Below, piece after piece: positions 1-8,101 of a stretch of DNA of 21,492 nucleotides. Both the position numbers and the translations under genes were made by a program. Every line of letters starts with the position of its first letter. The first letter of the stretch is position 1. This DNA is from Pseudobdellovibrionaceae bacterium (lineage in GTDB: Bacteria > Bdellovibrionota > Bdellovibrionia > Bdellovibrionales > Bdellovibrionaceae): contig JBDHWW010000047.1 of assembly GCA_039810425.1 (NCBI GenBank), forward strand, positions 1 through 21,492, given 5' to 3'. The notes under the pieces were generated by a model. The model did no database searches and was not told the origin of the DNA. It saw nothing but the letters and a program-made list of their open reading frames with translations.

Positions 1-189
1 GCAGTGACTTTGCGGCAATAAAAAACTCCGCATTCTCCACCAAAGCCTTGATTTCACTTCGACACATTATCACCAAGAACTCACAGCAACGCGTGCGGGA
101 TAGATCGCCTCACAAGTCTGCGCAACAAGGAATGGTTAAATCGAGGCGGTATGCTCTCAAGAATTCTGCCTTAAAAACCACCTTCGCGC

Positions 190-1617
190 TTACTTTACTT
201 TCTCCACAATGGGTTTGTATTCCTTCAGTTGATCGCCGACTTTCTTTTCGTCGGCATAAACGAGGACGCGGAGTTTTTTAGCCTCCAGGTGCTTTTGAAT
301 TGTCTGGTTCACATCCGTCAATGCCATTGCCGCGACGTTCTTGTTGAAATCCTGCAAGTAGCTGAGTGGCACACCATAGTAATTTAGAATCAAAACATTA
401 TAAGCTAAGCGGTCCGCAGTCTCAATCGCCCGCGGGAATTGACCTAACATCTGTTCTTTGGCTGCCTTAAACTCTTCCTCCGTCAGACCCTTTTCCACAA
501 AGTCTGTAAAGACCTTCAAGCTCTCATCGAGAGTTTTGCCGATTGTTTCGTTCTTTGTAAAAGTACTGATAGTAAAGGAGCCCCGATCCGCACGCGCATC
601 GAAATAAGAATAGATTGAGTACGTCAAGCCGAGGTCATCGCGCACATGCTGATTCAAACGGCTACCGAACTCTCCCCCCAAAGCCACATTCGCCAAACGC
701 AGTTTCAGGAAATCTGGATCGTTCCGGCGAATGCCAATCTCACCGATTCGAATTTGCGCTTGCTGCAAGCCTGGCTTGCTTAAAACTTTCACTTCCAAAT
801 CTCCGATAGGTTTTAATTCCGGCGTGGCGAAATCGCGGATCGGCTTACCGGACCACTTTTTGAACGCCTCGCCCACCTTCGCTTCGAACGCTTTGTCAAA
901 GCGACCGACAACCGCCAACTGCGCATTGTTGGGACGGTAGTTATTCAAGTAGTGACGGATAATATCTTGCTTCGTAATTTTTTTCACGGAAGCCGGGGTT
1001 CCAGTCACGTCATTTGCGTAAGGATGGCCTTTGAAAAGAAACTCATCAAAAGCATCGTTCGCATAGCTTGAAGGATTATCAACCTTCTTTTGCTGCTGGG
1101 CGATCATCTGAGCCTTCGCACGCGCAACCTCCGCGTCCAAGAACGCCGGATTCATAACGATGTCTGAGTACAAAGACAAAAGCCGGTCTGAAGAGTTCAC
1201 CAACGCATCCATCGCAATCACTGTAAAGTCATTGCTGGGTTCGATGTTGATTTCGGTTCCCAACTGCCCAAGTTCATCAGCGACAACCGTGGCGTTTTTA
1301 GACTGGGTGCCATCTTCAAGCAGCCGGGCTGCAAGATTGTTCAAACCCTCTTTACCTTGTGGGTCCTGACGAGCCCCTACTTTCACTAGCATCGTCATAC
1401 TCACGCGCGGCAAGGTGTTGTCAGTGATAAATAGAACACGCAAACCGTTTTCAAGCTGTACTTCGTGCATAGGTCGGAGCTTAAAGCTGATAATGGGGAC
1501 CGTGGCCGGCTTTTCTTCTTTGTTCACGATCTCAGTTTTCTTTTCAGAAGAACTGCAGGCAGCCACAGTCGCCAATACCATCAAGCTCGGAAGAGTTTTT
1601 GTTAAAAATTGTTTCAT
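190..1617 (-). CDS. M16B family zinc peptidase, non-catalytic subunit; predicted lipoprotein
   Basis: 475-aa ORF with M16 motifs (LENGLRV, Y.P.NA.L.VVG, GG.FGSRL). It lacks HxxEH (NLAAR at that position) but carries the C-domain R/Y pair (VRDDLGLTY). Lipobox-like signal LATVAA-C. GGAG RBS overlaps the end of the upstream gene. Confidence 0.9.
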   Translation of the reverse strand: MKQFLTKTLPSLMVLATVAACSSSEKKTEIVNKEEKPATVPIISFKLRPMHEVQLENGLRVLFITDNTLPRVSMTMLVKVGARQDPQGKEGLNNLAARLLEDGTQSKNATVVADELGQLGTEINIEPSNDFTVIAMDALVNSSDRLLSLYSDIVMNPAFLDAEVARAKAQMIAQQQKKVDNPSSYANDAFDEFLFKGHPYANDVTGTPASVKKITKQDIIRHYLNNYRPNNAQLAVVGRFDKAFEAKVGEAFKKWSGKPIRDFATPELKPIGDLEVKVLSKPGLQQAQIRIGEIGIRRNDPDFLKLRLANVALGGEFGSRLNQHVRDDLGLTYSIYSYFDARADRGSFTISTFTKNETIGKTLDESLKVFTDFVEKGLTEEEFKAAKEQMLGQFPRAIETADRLAYNVLILNYYGVPLSYLQDFNKNVAAMALTDVNQTIQKHLEAKKLRVLVYADEKKVGDQLKEYKPIVEKVK

Positions 1618-1620
1618 GGA

Positions 1621-2952
1621 CTACTCCTTCTTCGCTTTCGGCTCAAGAACAACGATCGACCTTTGATTCTGATTGAGATACTTGTTAGAAACCGCCTTAA
1701 CTTGCTCAGCGGTGACCGCATTGTACTTATCCAGGTCTTTAAAGAGGTTCTCATAAGAACCCGTCACTATCTCGTTCACGGCCAAAGCGCGCGCTTTACC
1801 GTCAATTGTCGTCAGGCCATCAACCACTTCCTTCATAACCTGAGTCTTAGCTTTCGCAAGCTCTTCATCGGTCACAAGCCTATTGCGCATTTTCCAGATT
1901 TCCTGATAGACGAGCTCGAGGCTGTCTTGTATTGCCACCCCCGGCTTCAAGTTCACCCCCACAGCAAAGACACCTTGGTCTTGCATGGTTGAATCGTAAG
2001 AGTAAGCCGATGTCGCCGTCTGCTTCGCATACACCAGTCGCTTGTGTAAGCGGCTCGAGCTACCATTGCCCAGAATATTCGCCGCAAGATCCATGGCGTA
2101 CATATCCGGATGTGTATTCGGTACGCCATCGAAAGCCACCGTGAATGAAGTCCCTTGAACGTCTTTCTTCACACTTGCGTTTCTTTGTGTGCTCTGAGTC
2201 GCCTCGCGTGGATACTCACGGCGAGGCAGCGGACGATACGCGACTGGAGCATAGTACTTCTCAATTAATTTTTTCGCTTCAGACGTTTTGAAGTCACCCG
2301 CCAAAACCAAGATCGCATTGTTTGGCACATAATAAGTGCTGTGGAAATTCCTGAGAGTGTCGATTTTGAAGTCGGAAATGTCTTTCATCGTGCCTATCAC
2401 TGGCCAGCGATAGTTAGAGGTCTTAAACACCGTGCTCATCACTGTTTCCATCAACAAACCCATCGGGTTGTTGTCGACACGCCAGCGGCGCTCCTCCTTC
2501 ACGACTTCACGTTCGCTTTGGAGATCGTCCGGATTCAGATTGAGATTACTCATGCGGTCGACTTCGATCCGCATCATCATCTCAAGCTTTGAGCTCGGTA
2601 GCGTCTCATAGAAACCCGTGTAGTCGTAGGTTGTAAACGCATTATTGACGATGCCATTCTCGTGCAAAATGCGGTCAAACGCCTTGCCCGGGTAGTTCTT
2701 TGATCCCTTAAACATCATATGCTCGAGCATGTGAGCGGAACCCGTAATACCCGGAGCTTCATCACGCGAACCGACCTTGTACCATGTGTGGTAAGAGATC
2801 AGCGGCACCGAGTGATCCTCGTGCAACAAAACAGTCAGGCCGTTTTGCAGCTTGTACTTCGTCACCGGCAGATTGATTTTCAGATTGTCTTTCTCTTGGG
2901 CGTGAGCCAAGGAAAGCATAAAGAAAAGAACAGACCAAACAAGGTGTTTCAT
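1621..2952 (-). CDS. M16B family zinc peptidase, catalytic (HxxEH) subunit, secreted
   Basis: Inverted zincin motif HMLEH, NAFTT.D.T and the downstream E in EREVVKEE. N-terminal signal peptide (MKHLVW...AHA). ATG 2952 is preferred over the track start 2964 because a GGGAG RBS lies at 2958-2962. Confidence 0.92.
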   Translation of the reverse strand: MKHLVWSVLFFMLSLAHAQEKDNLKINLPVTKYKLQNGLTVLLHEDHSVPLISYHTWYKVGSRDEAPGITGSAHMLEHMMFKGSKNYPGKAFDRILHENGIVNNAFTTYDYTGFYETLPSSKLEMMMRIEVDRMSNLNLNPDDLQSEREVVKEERRWRVDNNPMGLLMETVMSTVFKTSNYRWPVIGTMKDISDFKIDTLRNFHSTYYVPNNAILVLAGDFKTSEAKKLIEKYYAPVAYRPLPRREYPREATQSTQRNASVKKDVQGTSFTVAFDGVPNTHPDMYAMDLAANILGNGSSSRLHKRLVYAKQTATSAYSYDSTMQDQGVFAVGVNLKPGVAIQDSLELVYQEIWKMRNRLVTDEELAKAKTQVMKEVVDGLTTIDGKARALAVNEIVTGSYENLFKDLDKYNAVTAEQVKAVSNKYLNQNQRSIVVLEPKAKKE

Positions 2953-2974
2953 AGAGACTCCCAACGATGTTTTT

Positions 2975-3002
2975 ATTTTAAAGAGTCCCGAATCAAAGGC
3001 AA
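2975..3002 (-). promoter_or_regulatory. Putative sigma-70 promoter of the M16 operon
   Basis: Minus strand TTGCCT-N16-TAAAAT, upstream of the RBS. Confidence 0.45.
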
Positions 3003-3063
3003 TGATTTTACCGGAGGCCGGCGGGCCTAAAGCCGAGTCTTATCGAGTCTGGTATCTGACGCC

Positions 3064-3579
3064 CTATTGAACAACAAAATCAGAGAAGAAAACATCTTTC
3101 ACAATTCCTTCATGAAGGATGCCGTTTACTTCCATCGCGATGGTGTCTTTGAGGAAGAGTTTTCCCTGAATACTTTCGAGTTCGTTAAAGGTCTTGTCGT
3201 TCAAAACCCGGACGATCTTGTCACGGGCCTTCGCACGGCTGTCAGGGCTCATAATTTCCTCGTAACCCTCTTTGCCGAGCATTTGCAAACTGACCTCAAG
3301 ACGGATACTGCGCTTAGGCTCTCCGTCGAGGTTCACTGTGAACTTTTCCATCGTAAAAATATATGGGGCGTAACGTTCGTCTTCAGATTTGGAGGACATC
3401 TCCGCCTCCAGGGCGGCTTCAGTGATTTTAGGGCTTTCCCACGCCATTGTGGAGGAATAGACCAAGAAGGCTCCGCCACCCAAGATACCCAAATTCAGAA
3501 CCGCAAAAACCGCGGTCAGAATCATGCCGATATTTTTTGGCTTCTCAGACTGCTGTGCTTGGTCTTTTTTCTCTGCCAT
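3064..3579 (-). CDS. fliL: Flagellar basal body-associated protein FliL
   Basis: 171 aa with a single N-terminal TM helix, FTVNL motif, RD.I...L, and C-terminal V.DVFFSDFVVQ typical of FliL. Preceded by a sigma-28 promoter. Confidence 0.92.
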   Translation of the reverse strand: MAEKKDQAQQSEKPKNIGMILTAVFAVLNLGILGGGAFLVYSSTMAWESPKITEAALEAEMSSKSEDERYAPYIFTMEKFTVNLDGEPKRSIRLEVSLQMLGKEGYEEIMSPDSRAKARDKIVRVLNDKTFNELESIQGKLFLKDTIAMEVNGILHEGIVKDVFFSDFVVQ

Positions 3580-3602
3580 AAAATCCTCGTCTCCTAAGGA
3601 CT

Positions 3603-3629
3603 ATATCGGCGTTCGTGACCTAGGTCTTA
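3603..3629 (-). promoter_or_regulatory. Sigma-28 (FliA) promoter of fliL
   Basis: Minus strand TAAG-N15-GCCGATAT against the consensus TAAA-N15-GCCGATAA. Spacing is exact and the site precedes a flagellar gene. Confidence 0.8.
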
Positions 3630-3714
3630 ACAACCTAGGACCTGGATTTAAGCAAAAAATTTTAACAGATTTTGTCGAAGCTTTAAACAGGTCCGGGACT
3701 CTGGTAGAGCAGTA

Positions 3715-3744
3715 TTGACAATACCTTGAGAGAATCATTCTAAT
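3715..3744 (+). promoter_or_regulatory. Putative sigma-70 promoter for the LD-carboxypeptidase gene
   Basis: TTGACA (3715-3720)-N18-TCTAAT (3739-3744). Confidence 0.55.
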
Positions 3745-3752
3745 ATCTATAT

Positions 3753-4781
3753 ATGACCAGAAGACTCTATACCGGGATAATTTCGTGCGTCGCTGTAACC
3801 GCCTCATGGGGATATTTCACGTCGTCCGCCTTGGCCGCTGACGAGACCGCACCCGCTTCTCAAAACAAGACAACGACCGACTTGCTTCCGTCAGACCTTC
3901 TGCAGATTTCCAGTACCGATGCTTTCAGCAAATATGTTTTTCTTGTCGACAAAACCGAACGCCATCTTCAAGTGTATGAGCGCAAAGGCGAAACCATCGA
4001 AAAGATTCTCGACTTCCCTTCCGATATGGGAAAAGAGCTAGGCAATAAAAGCAAGCGCGACGACTTCCGTACTCCCGAGGGGATCTACTTTTTTGAAAAG
4101 AAATTGAATCAGCCTGAAATTCCTTACAATCTTTACGGTGAATTGGCTTTCACCACGGACTACCCAAACATCTTTGACCGTCGCGAAAGTAAAACCGGCT
4201 CTGGAATCTGGCTCCATGCAGTTCCCGACACGGTCCCATTGACTCGCGGTTCCCGCGGCTGCGTGGTGGTTCGTAACGAAGTGATCCGTAAACTCAAAGA
4301 ATACATCAAGCTCAAAGAAACTCCGATCTTGATCTTCGATAAAGTCAGCTACGTTTCTAAAGAAGAGCACGACAAGCGCCGTGTCGCTTTGAACGAGTTT
4401 ATCGAAGGCTGGAGAAAAGCATGGCAATCGCAGAACATTGATGAGTACATGAAGTACTACGATGCGCAGTTCAAAGCCCCCGGCTTTAACTACCTCAGTT
4501 GGAAAGCGCATAAAAATAAGTTGAAGAATCAGTACGAGTACATCAAGGTCCAGCTCTCTCAGCCCTTCTTGTTGCTTCACAAAGACCAACTCATCGTGAA
4601 GACCTTCCAACGCTATGAATCCAACGGTCATGCAGACTTCGGAGTCAAAACGCTCTACGCAGTTAGGGCTGACTCAGGGTATAAAATCATCCGCGAAGAA
4701 TGGGTGCCTGTACGGGAGAATGTTGCCAGTACGGCGGCCACTGTTTCTACCACCACGCAGCCCGCCGCCCCTACTAACTAA
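3753..4781 (+). CDS. YkuD-family L,D-carboxypeptidase/transpeptidase with C-terminal NTF2-like domain (Bd1075/Csd6/Pgp2-type cell-shape determinant)
   Basis: Signal peptide; K...D.RTPEG.Y; DYPN.FD; GSGIWLH...SRGCVV carrying the catalytic His/Cys. C-terminal W.KAWQSQNIDEYMKYY...KIIREEW is the NTF2-like signature. Confidence 0.88.
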   Translation: MTRRLYTGIISCVAVTASWGYFTSSALAADETAPASQNKTTTDLLPSDLLQISSTDAFSKYVFLVDKTERHLQVYERKGETIEKILDFPSDMGKELGNKSKRDDFRTPEGIYFFEKKLNQPEIPYNLYGELAFTTDYPNIFDRRESKTGSGIWLHAVPDTVPLTRGSRGCVVVRNEVIRKLKEYIKLKETPILIFDKVSYVSKEEHDKRRVALNEFIEGWRKAWQSQNIDEYMKYYDAQFKAPGFNYLSWKAHKNKLKNQYEYIKVQLSQPFLLLHKDQLIVKTFQRYESNGHADFGVKTLYAVRADSGYKIIREEWVPVRENVASTAATVSTTTQPAAPTN

Positions 4782-4791
4782 TTTTTTATTG

Positions 4792-4820
4792 TTGAAACTC
4801 GCACCAAATCCTCCTAGAAC
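4792..4820 (+). promoter_or_regulatory. Putative sigma-70 promoter
   Basis: TTGAAA-N17-TAGAAC upstream of the GGAGG RBS at 4845-4849. Confidence 0.4.
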
Positions 4821-4856
4821 GTGAAACCTGCCCACCGGCCCCTAGGAGGTTTTTTT
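4810..4856 (+). terminator. Possible terminator / RBS-sequestering stem
   Basis: CCTCCTAG (4810-4817) pairs with CTAGGAGG (4842-4849), followed by T7 (4850-4856). The 24-nt loop is long for a terminator. Confidence 0.35.
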
Positions 4857-5414
4857 ATGAAGTTTTTAGCTCTCGCACTCACTCTCTTGGGCTTGCATGC
4901 GCAAGCAACTGTCACCCAAGATTTTCTCGAAGTTCATGCCGCCGACCTTAAAGATCAAAATCTGATCCACATCCGGGATGTCGGTTTTGGCTTGATCAAT
5001 ACGCATAAGCTTTCAACCCATCCAAACTCTTGTGGTGAAGCCCTCACGTTCCGTGGCCCGCAAGACAATATGAATCCAAAAGGCCTCCGCACATGGATCC
5101 ACGGCATCGGTGCTGAGTTGGCGGCCCTAAACCAGGATGAAGATTTGAAGCTGAATGCCGTGAAGCTCGTCTATCGTGAGATCAATGAAAAGATCACTTT
5201 GCTGGCGGATAGAAACCGCGTCCTCGTAGATAAACATGGTGTTACCCAGTTAAGCACAGCCATCGCCCATGAGGTTCAAAAAGACACTAAAAATTACTAT
5301 GTTTTGTTTGGTGACTATTTGGATGGCCAAACAGGCTGGATGACGGCAGTCGTTCTCATAAATATCTCATCAGGCGAAGCCGTGATGTTTGCAAATTCAA
5401 ACGACTGTTTTTAG
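4857..5414 (+). CDS. Hypothetical secreted protein (185 aa)
   Basis: ATG 4857 with a GGAGG RBS 7 nt upstream. Classic signal peptide MKFLALALTLLGLHAQA. No family recognised. Confidence 0.75.
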   Translation: MKFLALALTLLGLHAQATVTQDFLEVHAADLKDQNLIHIRDVGFGLINTHKLSTHPNSCGEALTFRGPQDNMNPKGLRTWIHGIGAELAALNQDEDLKLNAVKLVYREINEKITLLADRNRVLVDKHGVTQLSTAIAHEVQKDTKNYYVLFGDYLDGQTGWMTAVVLINISSGEAVMFANSNDCF

Positions 5415-5435
5415 AATCACTTCATAACGAAAGAG

Positions 5436-5615
5436 CTAGTGCTGCTCTTGGCTTCCACTGTCGGTGTCTTCAGACAAATCGATATTGTGAGCCATGTCAG
5501 GTAAAGTCTTCAAGTAAGCTTCGAGCTCTTCTTTCGTCAACTGACCATTGTTGATATACCATTCAGTCAAACGTTTATCGAATTTCAAGTTCTTCATTGC
5601 TTTAGCCAGAGACAT
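5436..5615 (-). CDS. Small hypothetical protein, 59 aa (absent from the ORF track)
   Basis: Manually translated as MSLAKAMKNLKFDKRLTEWYINNGQLTKEELEAYLKTLPDMAHNIDLSEDTDSGSQEQH*. AAGGAG RBS upstream, TATAAT at 5640-5645 (minus strand), and it fills an otherwise empty gap. Confidence 0.8.
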   Translation of the reverse strand: MSLAKAMKNLKFDKRLTEWYINNGQLTKEELEAYLKTLPDMAHNIDLSEDTDSGSQEQH

Positions 5616-5704
5616 TTATAAGCTCCTTCGAAAAGACCCATTATATAGAGCCTATCCTGATATTAGACAAGCTTGAATGTCCAATACTTAGATAGCTCCT
5701 GAAA

Positions 5705-6463
5705 TCAGTTCCAATATTTGGGACCATTATCCGATTTTTTCGGATTTTCATTGTCCACTACAAGGCGCAGGTTACGGCCCTTCTTTTTACTCTTTTTAGA
5801 ATTTTCGTAGTTTTTCATGCGGCTCATAAGCAATAAAGCGACATATCCCGAAGCTAGACCGCCAAGATGGGCCAAATACGCCACTTCCCCACCACTGACG
5901 CCAGAAGTCAGCATGGAGGCGATCTGAACAGCTCCCATCACCATCACGAAATAGCGCATTTTCATCGGGAACAGCATAAAAAAGTAGATCACGCGTTCGC
6001 CGAACAAGATTCCCTGAGCAAGCATCAACCCAAAAATCGCCCCCGAAGCCCCCACCACTGGCACCATCAACCCCGCTTGCGATCCCGTCGCCGCCGCATA
6101 GGCTGTCATACCACCACAATACAAGATCGCGGCTCCAACCCCCGTGAACAGGTAAAAGAACAGGAAGTACTTCCCGCCCCAGCGTTGTTCCAGTTCGGCG
6201 CCAAAGAACCAAAGCATCAGCATATTAAACAGGATATGAGTGATCTGCATCGAGTGCAGGAACATGTATGTGAAAAGCTCCCAGACATGAAATTCAAAAA
6301 TAACCCGTGCGGGAACCAAGCTCAAAAAATGCGTGAATGGAACTTTGAAAAAGCCCTCAACTAGAACCTGGAAAACAAACCAGATTGCCACGTTCACAAT
6401 CACCAGCCATTTCACGACTGGAGTGAACGGAAGTGCCATGCTCATTTGCGGTCCCCGATTCAT
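5705..6463 (-). CDS. Rhomboid family intramembrane serine protease
   Basis: Multiple TM segments with FTYMFLH...HILFNM, catalytic GASG and AHLGG. AGGAG RBS at 6471-6475. Confidence 0.93.
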   Translation of the reverse strand: MNRGPQMSMALPFTPVVKWLVIVNVAIWFVFQVLVEGFFKVPFTHFLSLVPARVIFEFHVWELFTYMFLHSMQITHILFNMLMLWFFGAELEQRWGGKYFLFFYLFTGVGAAILYCGGMTAYAAATGSQAGLMVPVVGASGAIFGLMLAQGILFGERVIYFFMLFPMKMRYFVMVMGAVQIASMLTSGVSGGEVAYLAHLGGLASGYVALLLMSRMKNYENSKKSKKKGRNLRLVVDNENPKKSDNGPKYWN

Positions 6464-6475
6464 GGAGATTCTCCT

Positions 6476-7090
6476 CTACGACTTCCTAGTAAAATAACTC
6501 AAAAGGCGGTCATACGTCTGCTCCAGACTTTCAACAACGACCTTAGTCTCGGCGATGAGCGGAAAGAAATTCAGATCCCCCGCCCAACGCGGAATCAAAT
6601 GGTAGTGCAAATGGCCCGGAATTCCGGCCCCCGCCACCGCTCCGTGATTCAGACCCACATTGACTCCGCCAGGTTGATAGGTGCCTTGCAGGGCCTTCAT
6701 CGCCAAACGCAAAGTATCATTCAAATCAGAGTAAGCTTCTTTGCCAAGCGCCAAAAGATCCCCTTCGTGCTTTTGTGGAATTATCAAAAGATGCCCGCTG
6801 TTGTACGGAAACTTATTCAGCACAACCATCGAGTATTTCGATTTATAGACGCAAAGGGTTTCAAAAGACGGTTCACTTTTAGCAGCTTTACAGAAAACAC
6901 AGCCTTCCGGTTTCATCAGCTTACGCACATACTTAAATCGATCCGGGCGAAAGAGCACATCGCGCTCCATCGGCCAAAGATCTTTGGCTACTTTTAAGAA
7001 AGCGTCTTTCGGCGGTTGAAGCTTTTTTACTCCAGCCGGTTTTGCTGTCGTCTTTGCAGATGTTTTCTTTACGGCCTTCTTTTTTGCCAA
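6476..7090 (-). CDS. HIT family hydrolase (Fhit/Ap4A phosphorylase-like, Zn-binding)
   Basis: CVFC, LNKFPYNSGHLLIIP, N.G..AGAGI..HLHYHLIPRW.GD.NF. TTG start 3 nt after the sppA stop; the exact start is uncertain. Confidence 0.9.
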   Translation of the reverse strand: MAKKKAVKKTSAKTTAKPAGVKKLQPPKDAFLKVAKDLWPMERDVLFRPDRFKYVRKLMKPEGCVFCKAAKSEPSFETLCVYKSKYSMVVLNKFPYNSGHLLIIPQKHEGDLLALGKEAYSDLNDTLRLAMKALQGTYQPGGVNVGLNHGAVAGAGIPGHLHYHLIPRWAGDLNFFPLIAETKVVVESLEQTYDRLLSYFTRKS

Positions 7091-7093
7091 AAC

Positions 7094-8068
7094 CTACTCC
7101 CAGAATCCCGGCATAATCAACATCGGCTGATTCAAACCTTGAACGCGCAAGACTTTACGAAGAGAAGCTTCCATCCCCTTGTCGCTTGAAAACTTCGTTA
7201 AGTACCGAGCGGCCTCTTCAGCAGAGTTCAAATCGTCCTCATCCTGTTGTTCCAGCAAATCCCAAAAGCTTGGCTTCTTTTTCGGAGCTTCGAAAAGTTT
7301 GTAATCCGTACCAAGGTGCGCCGCTTCTGCCGCAACCTTGATCGCATCGTCCAGAGTCCCAAGTTGATCGGCAAAGCCTAAAGCAACCGCCTGCTTACCC
7401 GTCATCACGCGGCCGTCGGCATATTGGCTTACAACTTCGTCTTTCATCTTGCGACCATCCACCACCGCTTGTTTGAACTGACTGTAAACGTCATTAATCA
7501 AATCCTGGAACAAGGCCTTTTCATCGGGCCGCATCGCACGGTACTCGGCGCCGGAGTCTTTGAACTTACCGGAGTTGATCGAGAAGCGAGATATCTTGGC
7601 CCAGTCATAAAGCTTTTCAAGATTCGCAAACTCCATGATCACGCCGATCGAACCCACCAGCGCCCCTGGAGCCACTACGATTTTATCGCACGCCACAGCC
7701 GTGTAGTAAGCGCCACTCGCCAACAATCCCGACGAAGAGCAAATCACGGGTTTTTTAGTTTCTTCTTTCAACGCTTTGACCGCAGCGTAGAGCTCTTGAG
7801 AAGGCCCCACCGCTCCGCCCGGAGAGTTGATGTTAATAACGATCGCTTTGATCTTATCTTCATCTTTATATTTCTTGAGCTTCTTTAAGAATTTCTTCCC
7901 ATTCATGATCACGCCTTCAAGATCCAATTGAAGAATGCTGTTCTTCGAAACCAGCATCGCTTCTTCAGAAGCGCTAGCGCCAACCATCCCACTGATCCAT
8001 TTCACAGTACTGACGAGACCGACGATCACAAGAATAACAACAATAAAACGTACGAAAGGATTTTTCAT
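7094..8068 (-). CDS. sppA: Signal peptide peptidase SppA (S49, short form)
   Basis: N-terminal TM; INSPGG, ASGAY (Ser nucleophile), GSIGV, SGKFKD (Lys) and DGRV.TG.QA..LG..D motifs. Confidence 0.95.
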   Translation of the reverse strand: MKNPFVRFIVVILVIVGLVSTVKWISGMVGASASEEAMLVSKNSILQLDLEGVIMNGKKFLKKLKKYKDEDKIKAIVININSPGGAVGPSQELYAAVKALKEETKKPVICSSSGLLASGAYYTAVACDKIVVAPGALVGSIGVIMEFANLEKLYDWAKISRFSINSGKFKDSGAEYRAMRPDEKALFQDLINDVYSQFKQAVVDGRKMKDEVVSQYADGRVMTGKQAVALGFADQLGTLDDAIKVAAEAAHLGTDYKLFEAPKKKPSFWDLLEQQDEDDLNSAEEAARYLTKFSSDKGMEASLRKVLRVQGLNQPMLIMPGFWE

Positions 8069-8101
8069 AGGAACTCCATTAAGGTCCCTATTCTAGCAGT
8101 C

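Noticed and set aside
1..189. Track ORF 48..281 (+) and a possible minus-strand ORF starting at ATG 67 and running off the edge
   Set aside because: The plus ORF overlaps the M16 gene antisense and has no recognisable features. The minus frame shows only about 22 codons with no convincing RBS, so it cannot be supported.
3015..3050. AGGCC-GGCG-GGCCT hairpin and CGAGTCT direct repeat after fliL
   Set aside because: The stem is short with no U-tract, and a 7-nt repeat is expected by chance.
3067..3597. 176-aa plus-strand ORF, and similar long antisense ORFs (4038-4631, 5867-6364, 6446-6997, 7424-7888, 10869-11357, 12633-13430, 20259-20687)
   Set aside because: These are shadow frames antisense to well-supported genes, with no motifs or RBS.
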